The notes under the pieces: generated by a model
What the model was told of the DNA's origin: nothing
The model's input: only the letters and a program-made list of their open reading frames with translations
The model's database searches: none
Source of the DNA: Octopus sinensis
Taxonomy: Eukaryota
Length of the DNA: 64,000 nt
Assembly (NCBI RefSeq): GCF_006345805.1
Contig: NC_043013.1
Coordinates: 40,858,001-40,922,000 of the forward strand
Reading direction: 5' to 3'
In this document: positions 25,838 through 40,440 of the stretch, in pieces
How positions within the stretch are numbered: position 1 is the first letter of the stretch
Layout: the number at the start of each line of letters is the position of its first letter
Made by a program: the position numbers and the translations under genes

Positions 25838-28800
25838 ATATAATATATTATTAAAAAATATATATGTATATAATCACTCATATTAAATATTTAAATACTT
25901 TAATAGTATTAATACTTTGATACAATAGAACACTCAGTATAAATTCAGTATATAATATTCTTATTGAATATATTTAACTAAAGATTTAGGCAAAAATAAT
26001 AAAACTCTCTGGAAAGAAGTTTCCCCATGTCTTCCATGGTGTACACGTGCACATAACATATACCAGGATTCACTGGGACCAAGAGCAGCAGTAAGACATG
26101 TGCATGCTGCTGGTCTTTGTTACTCACGCAAGAACTTCTGAATGAATTAGTCGCTTGCACTAATATCTACACTGACAGTAAGGAATATATAAAGATAAGT
26201 CAAAAGAGAGATATACTAATGAAAAGGAGAGGAAAGCTGCTATAGGACTGCTTTATCTGTTAGGAATTTTTAGAGCTAACCAAATGAATATGGAAGATGT
26301 TTGGGCAACCGATGGTACAGGAATTGAAATCTTTCTGGCAACGATGTCTTTGCAGTGTTTTTGTTTCCTATGGAGGTCTATGAGGTTTGATGATATCCAC
26401 ACCCGGGCTGAAAGGAGGCTAGAAGATAGGTTTGCACCTTTTAGAAAGTTCTTTGAGAAATTTGTTGATAATTTTATCTCCAATTTTAATGTCTCAGAGT
26501 ATGCAACAGCAGATGAAAAGTTGGCTGCCTTTAGAGGGAACTGTCCATTCAGGGTCTACATACCAAGTAAACCAGTAGAATATGGCATAAAAGTATTTAT
26601 TTTGGCAGATGCTAAAACTTTCTATGTGTCATGTATGGATGTCTACTTGGGGAAACAACCAGAAGGTCCTTCTATAGTAGATAATTCAGGAGCAGCAGTG
26701 GTAAAATGGTTGGAGTCTCATATAAATGGGTCTGGAAGAAATATTACAATGGATAGTTGGTTTACAAGTTGCAGTTGATCTCTTGAAGAATTATAAATTA
26801 ACGTTAGTTGGCACTCTGGGAAAGAACAAGATAGAACTTCCCCCTCAATTTGTTGCCGCAAGAAGCAGAACTGAATACACAAGCTCGTTTGGTTTTCAGA
26901 AGGATGTTTCACTGACCTCCTGTGTTCCCAAGAAAGGTAAAAATGTTGTCTCACTGAGAACATTGCATCATGATGCTGCAATTGATGAAAGTACAAAAGA
27001 AAACCAGAGATTATTACCCTCTACAACAGTACTAAAGGAGGAGTAGACACTGTGGATCTGATGTGCTCCATTTATAATCTTTCCAGAAATATTTAACGTT
27101 GGCTGGTTAAAGTTTTCTATACCATACTCAATGTTGCAGGAATAAATGCATACAATATATTCATGGTAAACTCTCAAACACCTATCAGGCACTGAAAGTT
27201 TCTGAGGAATTTGAGACTCAAGTTAGTGGAGGACCATATCTATCATTGCAAAACAAACCCATATTTTTTGAGGAAGGATTTAAAAAGGAAGATTCAACAT
27301 TTCTCAGCATCTAAGGAATTACCTCCAAGAAGTCATTGTGAAGATTCCATCCAAAGATGCTCCTTGTGCCCCTCGCCAAAAGATCGTAAGACAAGAAATT
27401 GCTGCCAGAAGTGCTATAAGTCCATCTGCTTGTAACATGCTATAGACATTTTCATTGACTGCTTTGCTCAGAGTGATGAGGATGATAATGCAAGCAATGA
27501 GTAAATAGCAAATATGAAAGGAGTACTCTCCCTACCAAAAAATAGTTTTATTTTCAAAGAGTACTTGTCTGTTTTTGCTTACATTTTAAATAAATACATT
27601 ATATCAGAATATAAGGCAGTGAGCTAGCAGAATCATTAGCACGCCGGGCGAAATGCTTAGCGGTATTTTGTCTGCTGTTCTGAGTTCAAATTTGGTGGAG
27701 GCATATGGCCTAGTGGTTAGAGCAGCTTAGAGCAGCCAACTCGCAGTCGAGGGACTGTGGGTTCAAATTTCAGACCGGGTGATGTGTGTGTTTATGAGCG
27801 TAACACCTAAGCTCCACGCAGCTCTGGCAGAAGGTAATGGTGAACTTCTGCTGACTCTTTCGCCACAACTTTCTTTCACTCTTTCCTCCTGCATCTTGCA
27901 GCTCACCTACGATGGACCGGCGTCCCATCCAGGTGGGGAACCTATACGCCAAGGAAACTGGGAAACTGGCCCTTATGAGCCAGGCATGGCTCAAGAAGGA
28001 ACAAACATATCAGAATATGTCTTTTGGTAATATTATTGCTAAAGAACACATATAAAGTAATAAAAAGTACTAAAAATAGCTAAAACTATGAATAGGGATC
28101 TTGTACCCCACCACACTAACCATGAGAAATATAGAACCAACCACCGGAGGGATAAGAAGTTGGCTCCCCAACCAAGTGGTCTTGGGTTCAGTCCCACTGA
28201 GCAGCACCTTAGGCTTCAGGCTGACCAAAGGCTTATGAGTGAATTTGTTAGATGGAAACTGCTGTATATGTATATACATTATATAAGCTTTTTTATTTCT
28301 CTTTTTTTACTTTCTACACCCACATGCATGCATGTATGTGTGTGTGTGTGCGCACATATTTGAATATATCTGCATGTGTCTGTGTTGTGTTTGTATCCCA
28401 TCACAGCTTGACAAATGGTGTTGGTTTGTTTATGTCCCTGTAACTTCGTAGTTTGACAAAAGCGATCAAAAGAATAAGTTTCTGGCTTAAAAATGAAGTA
28501 CTGGAGTTGATTTGTTCACTTATGTCTTCAAAGAAATGCTCCAGCATGGTCAGAGACCAATAACTGAAGCAAGCAGAAAGATAAAAGCTTGTTTCATCGT
28601 CAGAAGAAGTGTAGGGTTAACATTGCATTGTAATGTGAAGATTGCCCGAGGGCAATTTCTCTCCACTCAGGCATCATGAATCAGGGGAAAAAGAAGGAGG
28701 AGTGGGTAGGTGGTGAGGAAGGAAGATGTTGTTTCAGTTATAAGTAACGTGGCACAGTGAATAGATGATGCAGAGATACAAAACAGGCACGACATTTAGA

Positions 28801-29430
28801 ACAGCGGTGGGGAAAATAAGGGCATACAATGGGCAATAGAGGGGGATGCACAAAACAACAGGCAAGGGAGGAGTGTAAACACCATCTCGCTACTTCGACA
28901 ACTATTTCACCAAACTGGTATTAGAAGGTCAGGTTTTTCTGCCTCACCATCAATAGCCAGTCGACATTGTCTTTTGCCATCCCTTTCATCAAATGTAAAA
29001 ATCTCAAGGTTATTTTTCATCACTCGGTCCCAAGTCCCTTTTTTTGTCTCCAGCCTAGTCAAAGATATGTCAGAATAGTAATTCTCAACCATTGAAACCC
29101 TTTGACCCCGTTTTACTTGGGTGGATCCTCACAGCCATTTGATATTTTATGAAGACCTTAGTTCCTAATAATATTTAATTTTAGTTATACAATGTGTAAG
29201 AAATTTGTGAAATATTTTACTCTTTACTCTTTTTTACTCTTTTATTTGTTTCAGTCATTTGACTGGGGCCATGCTGGAGCACTGCCTTTAGTTGAGCAAA
29301 TCAACCCCAGGACTTATTCTTTGTAAGTCTAGTACTTATTCTATCGGTCTCTTAAGCCGAACCGCTAAGTTACGGGGACATAAACACACCAGCATCGGTT
29401 GTCAAGCGATGTTGGGGTGGGGGGACAAAC

Positions 29431-29473
<43 letters not shown>

Positions 29474-32160
29474 CACATATATACGATGGTCTTCTTTCAG
29501 TTTCCATCTACCAAATTCACTCACAAGGCTTTGGTTGGCCTGAGGCTATAGTAGAAGACACTTGCCCAAGGTGCCATGCAGTGAGAATGAACCCAGAACC
29601 ATGTGGTTGGTAAGCAAGTTACTTACCACACAGCCACTCCTGTGCCTATTTTGTGAATTGTAAAAGCATAACCAATTTATTGCACTTGAATTTTAATGGA
29701 AAACTCTTATATAGACCCCCACAAGGGTCATATGGGCACCATTTTTTTTTGTATATATATTGACCTTTTCATTTTTTTATTTTTTGACCTCCTACCAACT
29801 TGCCCAAATCAACCAAGCTGCCAAATGGCTTAATCTGATTTTTATGGAATTTCTGAGAAAAATTTCTTGTAATCTTTACTTATTGTAATTGATAAAAAAA
29901 TATTCGATGTAAATTGGATTAATAAATTTATTTATTATTATTTATTTCAGAAGCACTGTGTAAGAGAAATTGGTAATTAGTACCCCAAAGTTTGCTTGCC
30001 TAATCAAAATATAATATAAACAATAACCAGTATATAATCCACTCTTTGCTAACCAACGTTGGGGCTAGTATGTAATCCACACATTTTTAACCTAGAAAAT
30101 CATATATTGGGGCTTGAGATAGGTTTGTCAGTTGTTAGTCCAGGATTGCAAACAATCCTTGTTCATAAAGTTAATTTTCTAAAAAGTTTTAAGATCTAAT
30201 TTAAGTAAATTAAATTCATAGTCCAATTAATTTATAAATGAATTCTCAGTATAATGAGTCAAGGCCATATAAATAAATGAGTTTCCATGCTAGTTAGCAG
30301 CTCCATAAACCTATAAACCAACTGAATAACCTTGAACATAGTGGAATTTACGAGAAGTAATAAAGTGAAAAATACAAAAAGTTAAAAGTAACAATGCGTA
30401 AATCTGTTCATTTTGATCTGTGTTTTGTTTGGAAATATCAAAACAACTGTCACAAAAGACACCTTAGGAAAAATATAAAAAAAAAAAAAACAGAAAAAAA
30501 TCCTGTGACTGTGGGTGGGAAGATAAACTAAATATCATCCATTGTTCATTTGTTCATAGTAATGCATACACATATACACACACACAGACTGGTTTATTAC
30601 TTGGCAGCTTGTGGAAAATCAACAATTGAGAGAGGGGTAGCCAGAATACAGGTGGGGTGGGAAACTGCATTTGGCTATGTGAATAAGTGTATAAAAGAGT
30701 GTTTGTGTATGTGTGTGTGTGTGTGTGTGTGTGAGATAATAGATATTGGGTCCTTTATTCACTTTCAATGTTCTGAAACTTAAATTACGTATATGTGTAT
30801 GTGTGTGAGTTCAAGTGTATTTGCATCATACCATTGTCGTTGTCATCATCACCATCAGCTTCACACAGCTGCTTTTCATACCTGCGTAGTTCAGACAGCT
30901 GGTCCTAGATGGATTTGAGGACCACATCTCCCTCATAAGTTAGATTTTCGACTTAGTTTTTACAATTTGATGCCCTTCCTAACACCAACCACTTTACAGG
31001 ATTAAGTGGGTGCAAATTTTTCATGGTCCCCAGCACTAGGAAGATGGTCATGTTGTCAACAAGACTGAAGGGGACCTTTCCATCCTACAATTAACAGGGG
31101 ACACAGGGTGCATTTTACTGAGACACCAGCACAAGAATATTGGGGTAAAAGAGTGAGGGATAGCAAAAGGTAGAGAAATGGTAAGAGGGAAATGATGGAT
31201 GTTGGTACCAAATGGTCAGGGAAGAAGTATAGGTACAATGTACAGGGTACAGGCATGTCAGGGGAGGTCCCTTAAGGAAATGTACCATGATAGGGAGATA
31301 ATGAGAGTCAGTGTATCAATTATAATAAGTAGATAAATACTTAGGGAAAACACTTTTGCTCAAAATATTAAGCAAAGATTTTGATAAAAGTGAAAAAAAT
31401 TGGATTTAGAGAGATAATTGAGGCACAACTATAGCTATAATGTGAAGGGACATTTGATAAGTGTGGCATATGGTAAGAAGCTTGCTTACTAACCACATGG
31501 CTTGAAGTTCAATCCCACTGCATGGCACCTTGGGCAAGTGTCTTCTACTACAGCCTTGGTCTGACCAAAGCTTTGTCAGTGAATTTGGTAGATGGACACT
31601 GAAAGAAGCCTGTCATATAGATGTATATATATATAGAGAGAGATCAAAGTGTGTGTGTCTTTGTGTCTATGTTTGTACCCTACCATTGCTTGATAACTGG
31701 TGTGTGTCTCTCTTTACAATATGAGTTCGAATTCTGCCAAGGTCAACTTTGCCTTTCATTCTTTCGGTGTTGATAAATTACATATCAGTTGCATACTGGG
31801 GTCGATCTAATCGACTGGCCCTCTTCCCCAAAATTTCAGGACTTGTGCCTAGAGTAGAAAAGAATATTTTATGTAGCTGTAGGTTATAGCCAGACAGAAA
31901 GTTATTGTTGTTTTACACCTGTTATGCTCTTAACAATACAAGCAAATCTTCTGACTTGCCAGTAAATGCTTCCAGTCTGTTGGTCTGAGTCATCACCTAT
32001 AATACTAAGAGTATAACTGGTGAAAAAAAGGCAACTTCCTGACTAGCCATAACCAATGACTATATATATGTGTGTGTGCAGGAGTTACTGTGTGATAAGA
32101 AGCTTACTTCTCAAACACATGGTTCCAGATTCAGTCCCACTGCATGGTACCTTGGACAAG

Positions 32161-33352
32161 CTTGTTCATTTTTATGTTTTTTGAGTTATTATTAGTGTTG
32201 CTTCATATATCTTGCTAAAATTGCTGTGTATTTTCAGATATCATCAGAAAAAGGTAATTAAAATTCATTAAAATGACATATCTATCAGACTTTCAAAGGG
32301 GTCAAATTGTCGGTGCTCGTATGGCAGGTGCTAGTGTAATGAGAACAGCTGAAATGTTTGCTGTATCAAGAAATACTGTCTCAAAAATAGTGACAACCTT
32401 TGAGAAAGAGGGAAAAGCCACCTCATCAAAACAAAACTCTGAAAGGAAACCAAAGCTTTCAGATAAGGACTGTCAGACTCTTCCATAAGGATCACAAAAG
32501 TACAGCACCCAAAATTACTGTAGAGCTTAATGACCATCTCGAGAACTCAGTTTCCACAAAAACTGTCACTGGGAGCTGCACAAAGCTGGATTTCACTGGA
32601 GGGCTACAATCAGAAAACTACAACTTTCAAAAACAAACGGTGCAAAACGTTTAGAGTGGAGTAAAAACCTACAGAATTGGGCCCTAGAGCAGTGGAAGAA
32701 TGTTATTTACTTGGACAAGTCCTCCTTTACCTTATTTCTGACCATCGACCGAGTATATGTGTAGAGACAGCCAAAAGAAGCATTTGACCTAGACTGTCTT
32801 CTTCCAACTGTTAAACATGGAGGAGGCTTTGTGATTATTGGGTGGGGGTGGGAGATATATCTTGGAAATCTGCCGGCCCAATGGTTTCCCTTCATGGCAG
32901 AATTAATAGTCAAGATCATTTAGGCATTTTATCTGATCAAATTCATCCTATGATTGCGGAACTGTTTCCGAAGGGAAACTCAATCCTTCAGGATGATAAT
33001 GCACCAATTCACACAGCTAAAGTTATTACTGAATGACACAAGGAACATTCTAGTGAAGTTGAACATCTTATCTGGCCACCACAGTCTGCAGATCTCAGTA
33101 TTATTTAACATTTATGGTGCATTTTAGAAAAACAAGTAAGGATTCAATATACTCCACCATCATCACTACAAGAACTGGAGACAGTTTTAGCTAAAGAATG
33201 GACAAAAATTCCTTTGGAAATAATTCCAACTTTGTACAAGTTCATACCTCATAGAATTCAAGCTGTAATTACTGCCAAAGGTAGTCCTACCCCATATTAA
33301 AATAAATATGTTTGAAATTTTAAGGTGTTTCCATTATTTTGTCCAACCCCTG
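32161..33352 (+). mobile_element. Tc1-family transposon remnant, left TIR not seen
   Basis: MTYLSDFQRGQIVGARMAG HTH region, LQDDNAPIH, degenerate SPDLN motif. Right TIR ggtgtttccattattttgtccaacccctg followed by TA. Confidence 0.88.
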
Positions 33353-33383
33353 TATGTATATGTGTGTATATATATATATATAT

Positions 33384-33428
<45 letters not shown>

Positions 33429-33665
33429 CACACACACACATATATATATATAAATATACACACACACACACACATATATATATATAGATACGCACGCACA
33501 CACATATATATATATATAATATAGGTGCAGGCATGGCTGTGTGGTAAGAAGTTTACTTCACAACAACATGGTTCAGGGTTCAGTCCCACTGCATGACACC
33601 TTGGGCAAGTGTCAATGCCTTGTGAGTGGATTTGGTAGATGGAGATTGAAAGAAGCCTGCCATAT

Positions 33666-33714
<49 letters not shown>

Positions 33715-33973
33715 TTGTGTTTCTGTCTATTTTTGTCAAGCCACCATTGCTAGACAACTGATGTTGGTGTGTTTACATCCCCATAATTTAGCACTTCAGC
33801 AGAAGAGGTCGATGCAATAAGTACTAGGTTTACAGAGAGAATAAGTGCTGGGGTCAATTTCTTTGACTGAAAAAATCCTTTAAAGCAGTGCTCCAGCATG
33901 GCCACAATCAAATGATTCAATCAAACAAAATATGCATATATCTATATGCAAACTACATATACCTATACATATG

Positions 33974-34013
<40 letters not shown>

Positions 34014-34995
34014 TTATATGCATAACATATGTCTATGTATATGTACATACATATTCATAAATATCAATCAAAGGGAGAATGAAGAATTATATTCTTTGTC
34101 TGCTGTTATAATCGGGGATTAATATCTATATGGATTACTATTTAATCTCTATGGATTACTACTCACTTCAGTGGAAATTGTGTTAGTTTGCATTCCATGT
34201 GATAAACCTGGCTGAGGTATTTGCCTGGATTTCTTCAATCCCTATTTTCCTTTACAGCATACATATCAACATATCTATATTTATATACATATATATATGT
34301 CTACCTATATATCTATAAATATGTATGAGTGTGTATGTGTGTGTGTGTGCGCATGTATAGTAAGGTGGTTGGTGTTAGTAAGGGTATCCAACCGTAAAAA
34401 CCCTGCCAAAACAGACAGTGAAACCTGGCAAAGTCTTTTGCCTAGCCAGCCCCTGTCAAACTGTTCAACTTAAGTCAGCATGGAAAACAGCCATTAATGA
34501 CGATTGATATATATATATATGTGTGTGTGTGTGTGAGCTGGCAGAAACGTTAGCACGCCGGGCGAAACGAGTAGCCGTATTTCGTCCACCGTTATGTTCT
34601 GAGTTCAAATTCCGTCGAGGTCGACTTTGCCTTTCATCCTTTTGGGGTCGATAAATAAAGTACCAGTTACGCACTGGGGTCGATGTAATCGACTTAATCC
34701 CTTTGTCTGTCCTTGTTTGTCCCCTCTATGTTTAGCCCTTTGTGGGCAGTAAAGAAATATATATATATGTGTGTATATATATATCATCATCATCATCATC
34801 ATCATTTAACGTCCGCTTTCCATGCTAGCATGGGTTGGACATATATATATATATATATGTATGTGTGTATATATATAATGCATACATAAAATGTATATAT
34901 ATATGTGCATATATATGTATATATATGTGTGTATATATATATATGTATATATATGTGTGTGTGTGTGTGTATATATCTATCTATCTATCTATATA

Positions 34996-35832
34996 TGAGG
35001 TGGTATCAAAATGTTCCTGAACTAGTTCTGTAGTACACCAACAGATGGCAGCACACAGTTCCATGCATAATGAGAGCTAGCAGTGACCTTCGTGAGGCAG
35101 TGTGCCAAATGACATCCCTGTGTTTACTTCGCAAGCTGGGAAATTGATGTTTTTGTAATCACATTTATGCTGTGGTCTGCAATTTTTGTCACGATTAGGA
35201 AGTTGGGACAAAGAACCAAAGTGAAATTTTGTGTTACACTTAGGAAGTCTGTTACAGAGACATTGAGTGTACTTCTGCAAGCTTATGGCAATGAGGTGAT
35301 GGGTCGTATGCAATGTTTCAAGTGCACAGGCACTTCAAAAGGGGAAAAAATCCCAAGATGATGACAGGAAATCTGGTAGACGTGCTATGGGTATTACCTC
35401 CAGAAATGTGGTATTGTGCATAGAGAATTTGTCCCCCCCCCCCAGTGCCAGACCGTCAATCAAGAGTTCTACTGTGATGTTTTGATGTGTTTGAGGGGGG
35501 ACATTCGGAGAAAGTGACTGGATCTGTGGAGTGTGAATTGGGTTCTTCAACATGGTGTCACTTCCATGCCCACACCATTCACCAGATTTAGCACCTGTGG
35601 ACTTCCATTTCTTCCCCAAGATGAAAAGGCAGGTCAAAGGTCACCATTTTAACACTGTTGTCAAGATCAAGAGAAAATCACAGAAGGTCCTCGGCTCATT
35701 ACTGAAAACAGCTTCCAGGCTGGATTCCAAAAGTGGCAGAAACGCTAGGACTGGTTTATGGTTGCACAAGGTGACTATTTTGAAAGAGATATTGTTAAAA
35801 CTTAGGTAAATAAGTTATTTGGTATCACCTCA
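34996..35832 (+). mobile_element. Internally deleted mariner element
   Basis: TA|tgaggtggtatcaaaa at the left end and tttggtatcacctca at the right end. QRTKVKFCVTLRKS and PHHSPDLAPVDFHFFPKMK fragments. Confidence 0.82.
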
Positions 35833-36533
35833 CATATATATATCATCTACTTCATCATAATTTAACCCTTTAGCGTTCAGATTATTCAATCAAACATAAT
35901 GCCTTTTGATTCCCATTGATTTGAACTAATCGTGCATTATCTCATATCTTCAAGATCTTGATGGTGCAATTATTTAATGTAGAATAACATTGTAGGCTAG
36001 GTGTGAGAGCCTGGATCTGATCAGTTTGAACATAAAACAGATTAACTATTTTGGCTGGATATGGCCGGTTTAAATACTAAAGGGTTAACGTCCATTTTCC
36101 ATGCTGATATAGGTTATAAAGTGTTATTAAAAAGGGATTATCAATCTAGACAAAATACTTCTCAAGTTCTGTATTAATACAAATATCTCACGTATTGCTT
36201 TTGCTTTCATGTACAGACTCTAAAGATGATGGTATTTGTTAAGGTCGTTTAATTATTTTCAGTTGATTAATCAACTGATTGAATAAGTAGAACTATGAAC
36301 AGACCTATAATGTATATCATTAACAGCTGTAAGTCTAAGATGTACAAATGATGAAATATGCGAAGCCCTTTTCTGATACATATGTGTGTGTGTTGTTATA
36401 TCAGAGGATGGTTATATTTTGTTAATTAAACACATGCAAAATATAATTGGCAAAATATAACTGTCCTCATGTATAACAATATCTATTTCAACACATGATT
36501 TCACATCAAGAATCTTATAAAACAAGTATATAA

Positions 36534-36616
<83 letters not shown>

Positions 36617-37801
36617 AATATATGTTTGTATGTAGATAGATAGATAAGATAGGTAAATGGATATATATATGACATGTAATCTATATCTATAACACAGGGT
36701 GTCATATGGGGATTTTGCTGGTATTGTACATTCTGGTGATAAAGCCACAAATATTTGAAATAGCCAAAACATTAAACATACAAATACATTCAATCTGTCA
36801 GCAAATACTTTGTGCAAAGAGTGCTTTAATTCTTAAAATCATCATTAAAAACAGAATTTAAAATTGAAGTACAGAGATTAGCTGAAGAATTGATTATAAA
36901 AATATCTTGCAATCATAATAAAAATATGTCTTTTGTGCAAAGCATTTATCAGTGTGCTCAATGAAAGTGAGAAACAAACTCAGGTTTAGAGTAATAATGT
37001 GTGTGTGTGTGTTTGTACTTTCCCATTTGTGTCTTCACATTGTTTACCCCCATCAGAAAAGAACTAGGGACTAAGTGAGCTTTCTTGAATGATAGTATAG
37101 CTAAAATGAGGGACACCTGAAAATAAAATAATAAATATTCAGTATATAGGTGTAGGCATGGCTGTGTGCTAAGAAGTTTGCTTCCCAACCACATGGTTCT
37201 GGGTTCAGTCTCACTGCATGGCACCTAGGACAAGTGTCTTCTACTACAGCCTCAGGCTGACCATAGCCTCGTGAGTGGATTTGGTAGATGGAAACTGAAA
37301 GAAACCCATTGTGTGTATATATGTGTTTGTGTGTCTGTGTGTGTCTCCACCATCACTTGACAACTGGTGTTGATGTGATTACACTCATGTAACTTAACAC
37401 TTCGGCAAAAGTGGCTGATAAAATAAGTGTCAAGCTTTACAAAAAATAGTCAGCACTAGGACTGATTTGTTCAACTAAAATTCTCATAGGTGGTGCTCTA
37501 GTATGGCTGTTGTCTAATGGGTGAAACAAGCAAAAGATAAAACATTTAAAAAGCAAATTGATATAAGGTTCATTTATTTGTATTTGTATGCTTTTGAAAC
37601 CATACAATATTTTCGTTGGAGTAAAGCAAAATTAAAAATATGGACAATTACCAAAAAGAACAAAAAGCAGACCTAGTTTCAGTAACTGGGAAAATGACTC
37701 ATGATTTTAACTGTTAGAGTTTACAAAGTGATTTAATGGCTGATTAGTTTCATACAGGACACTCAGCCTTATGGTTACATTGTTGTAATCTCCTGCTGAA
37801 A

Positions 37802-37838
<37 letters not shown>

Positions 37839-38235
37839 CACACGCACACACATATATGGTTACAGGACGTCACCAAGTGGGCAAATAACATACACATGAG
37901 AGATAGATATTAGGTGTGGACAGTAATTATAGGACAAAAATGAGTGAAATACGTAAACAATGAGAAATGGAAAACAGGACAAGTTAACGCTAAAAAAGGA
38001 CCCTTCATCAGTTGTCAGCTGTCTGTTTACTCTTCATTTCCAAAACCTTCAATGGTAACCTAGTATAGCGTTTTTTCTTTCTTTTTTTTTTGTTTTTTAA
38101 AATAAATGGCTGATTTAACTGTTGACAATAACTTTTTAGAAAACCCACATGGTCGATCAATTCATATTTTACGTCGGTTTGCAATTTCAATATTGCTAGA
38201 AGTGAAAATATTTAATTCACTCTCAAATTGGTTTT

Positions 38236-38542
38236 AAAGAATAAAAAACACCATCCGAGCGTGGCCGTCTGCCAGCCTCGTCTGGCACCTGTGTCGGTGG
38301 CACATAAAAAACACCATTCGAGCGTGACCGTCTGCCAGCCTCGTCTGGCACCTGTGTCAGTGGCACATAAAATCACCCACTACACTCTCGGAGTGGTTGG
38401 CGTTAGGAAGGGCATCCAGCTGTAGAAACACTGCCAGATCTGACTGGCCTGGTGCAGCCTTTGGGCTTGCCAGACCCCAGTTGAACCGTCCAACCCATGC
38501 TAGCATGGAAAGCGAACTTTAAACGATGATGATGATGATGAA
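38236..38542 (+). mobile_element. SINE/LINE-tail family E with (GAT)n tail and an internal ~62-bp tandem duplication
   Basis: gtggttggcgttaggaagggcatccagc..ccaacccatgctagcatggaaa..(gat)n. Related copies at about 6585-6750(-), 49180-49440 and 62305-62625. Confidence 0.75.
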
Positions 38543-39849
38543 GTTAAATTTAACAAGACATGTAGGGGAAATGCAGAATCCAAGCTTTTAAGTTTGAAGT
38601 AAATTTGTAACTGGAACTCTAAGCAGCTACATCTACAAATTGTGTGGAGACTGTTAAAAAAAAAACAAAAAACCATGAAAAATATTAAAATACATTTAGG
38701 ATATATTTAAAATTCTTGCCTAGAGAATTTGTCTCTTTGATGACCTCTATAAAGGGATATAGGATAATTCCACTGAATAAAGTGGTTATGCATCAGTGTC
38801 TCAAATATAGATGCAGTCAAGCTTTTAAAATATCCTGGGAAAGAAACTAATACCTGAATAATTGACTGCTGAAACAATATTAAACTTAATGTGCATTAAT
38901 CTGTTTTTACCAATAAGATCTTTTAATCCAAAACTCGAACTTTTTTTTTTCAAAAAACTATTTCCCTTTTTTTAAACATCAGTATAACTCAAAAGTAAAA
39001 TAAAATTTTCTTCTAATTCTTCCAGCATCTCTTGAAACTACAAGACGTAGTAATTATAGCATTAACAGGCCCTTTCAAAGTATGCTAAGAGTTGGACGAA
39101 CTGCTTATTTTAATGTTTAGTAGCTTTTTGTAGTGGTTATGGTTTGGACCACTTGAGTATTTAATTATCGGCTAAGAGCAATAGCATGACACAAGACACC
39201 ATTTTATCTACTCGACGATCATCCAAGCTACATAACAAATATAAGATGTTTTTTTGTGTGAATGGATATTGTGATGAGGTCATTGTTTCATCCCACACCT
39301 CATATTATCATGTAATCTTCGTTTTTTTTTATATCCTCATCCTTTCCTACTATTTAATCTTACTCATGATTTTAAAGATAGAGATAAATATCAAGTATAC
39401 AAGCTATTAAACATCTAAGTTCTTTGACGGACACCAATTAAATATTTGAGTTACCTTTATTACTATGACATTGTTTTGCTCGCCTTTCTGTATTTTTTCA
39501 ATGTGTGATGGAAATGTATAAAAATTTGATTAGTATTTTATAGATTAGATAAATGTAACAGAACAAGTTATAGGATAAGATTTCTCTGGCTGTCGTATGC
39601 TTCAAGGCCATTTCCTCGTAATGCCATACATTTTATGTTTCCATGTCTTCCTAGAAGTATATCTTCCCATATTTCCTGGCCCAGTAGCAATTCTATATAT
39701 CCTTAATATTTATCTTGTAACTGTGTTACATTCCAGTGGCTGTTTACACATAACAATAGATAACAATTTAGTCCATTGTAGTAGTAAGAATATGTTTCAG
39801 TTATCAGCTAAAACGGGAGTAGAAAACCCCATGTCACACAGGATTTAAT

Positions 39850-40440
39850 GTGTGTACCATCAAATTGGTGTATTCTTGGAAAAGGATACAGGGATAATTT
39901 AAGTCTTATATATCCCCCAGATGAGATGGTCATAGCTGGGATACCTTTGACTGCAATTTACTCCATTGGGGACATGTTAGCCGTATGGAAGATAGCAGAA
40001 TCTCCAAGGACATACTCTACGGAGAGCTTGCTAGGGGCACTAGGTCTGTGGGAAGACCGTTCTTACATTACAAGGATGTTTGCAAAAAGGACATGAAGGC
40101 CTGCAACATCAATATTAGCAACTGGGAAGCAGTGTCCAGCAACCGTGGAGATTGGCAACATACCGTAAAAGAGGGAACACAAAGGAGTGGCAGAGAGAGA
40201 GAAAGAGAGAGAGGAGAAATGGAAAGACAAGAAAAGATGTCAACAAGAAACTATGACATTACAACCAGCCAGGCAAAGTCTTCGCTACATTTGTGGCACC
40301 TGCCAGAGGGAGTGTTTGTCCAAGATAGGACTACACAGCCACAGTAGGAGATGTATTAGGACATGAAATGTAAAAGCCGGACTAGACTATTTTATGCGCA
40401 ACTCCATTGTCTCCCGAGACAAAAAGGATGCCAACAACAA
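39850..40440 (+). mobile_element. RTE-clade LINE 3' fragment
   Basis: GHVSRMEDSRISKDILYGELARGTRSVGRPFLHYKDVCKKDMK, with a (caa)n-like tail. Confidence 0.85.

Larger units (their letters stand above)
24246..28151 (+). mobile_element. piggyBac DNA transposon, degenerate, with nested insertions
   Basis: TTAA|CCCTCCAGTTGT at 24242-24257 and ACCACCGGAGGG|ATAA at 28140-28155. ORFs 26284-26778 (DEKLAAFRGNCPFRVYIPSKP..YGIK, ITMDSWFTS), 26726-27046 and Cys-rich 27211-27435. Acidic N-terminal part at 25064-25348. Confidence 0.88.

Noticed and set aside
28907-29092. 61-aa minus-strand ORF with natural-looking composition
   Set aside because: No splice signals compatible with the myosin, whose flanking exons already join directly. 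No recognisable motif; likely a TE relic.
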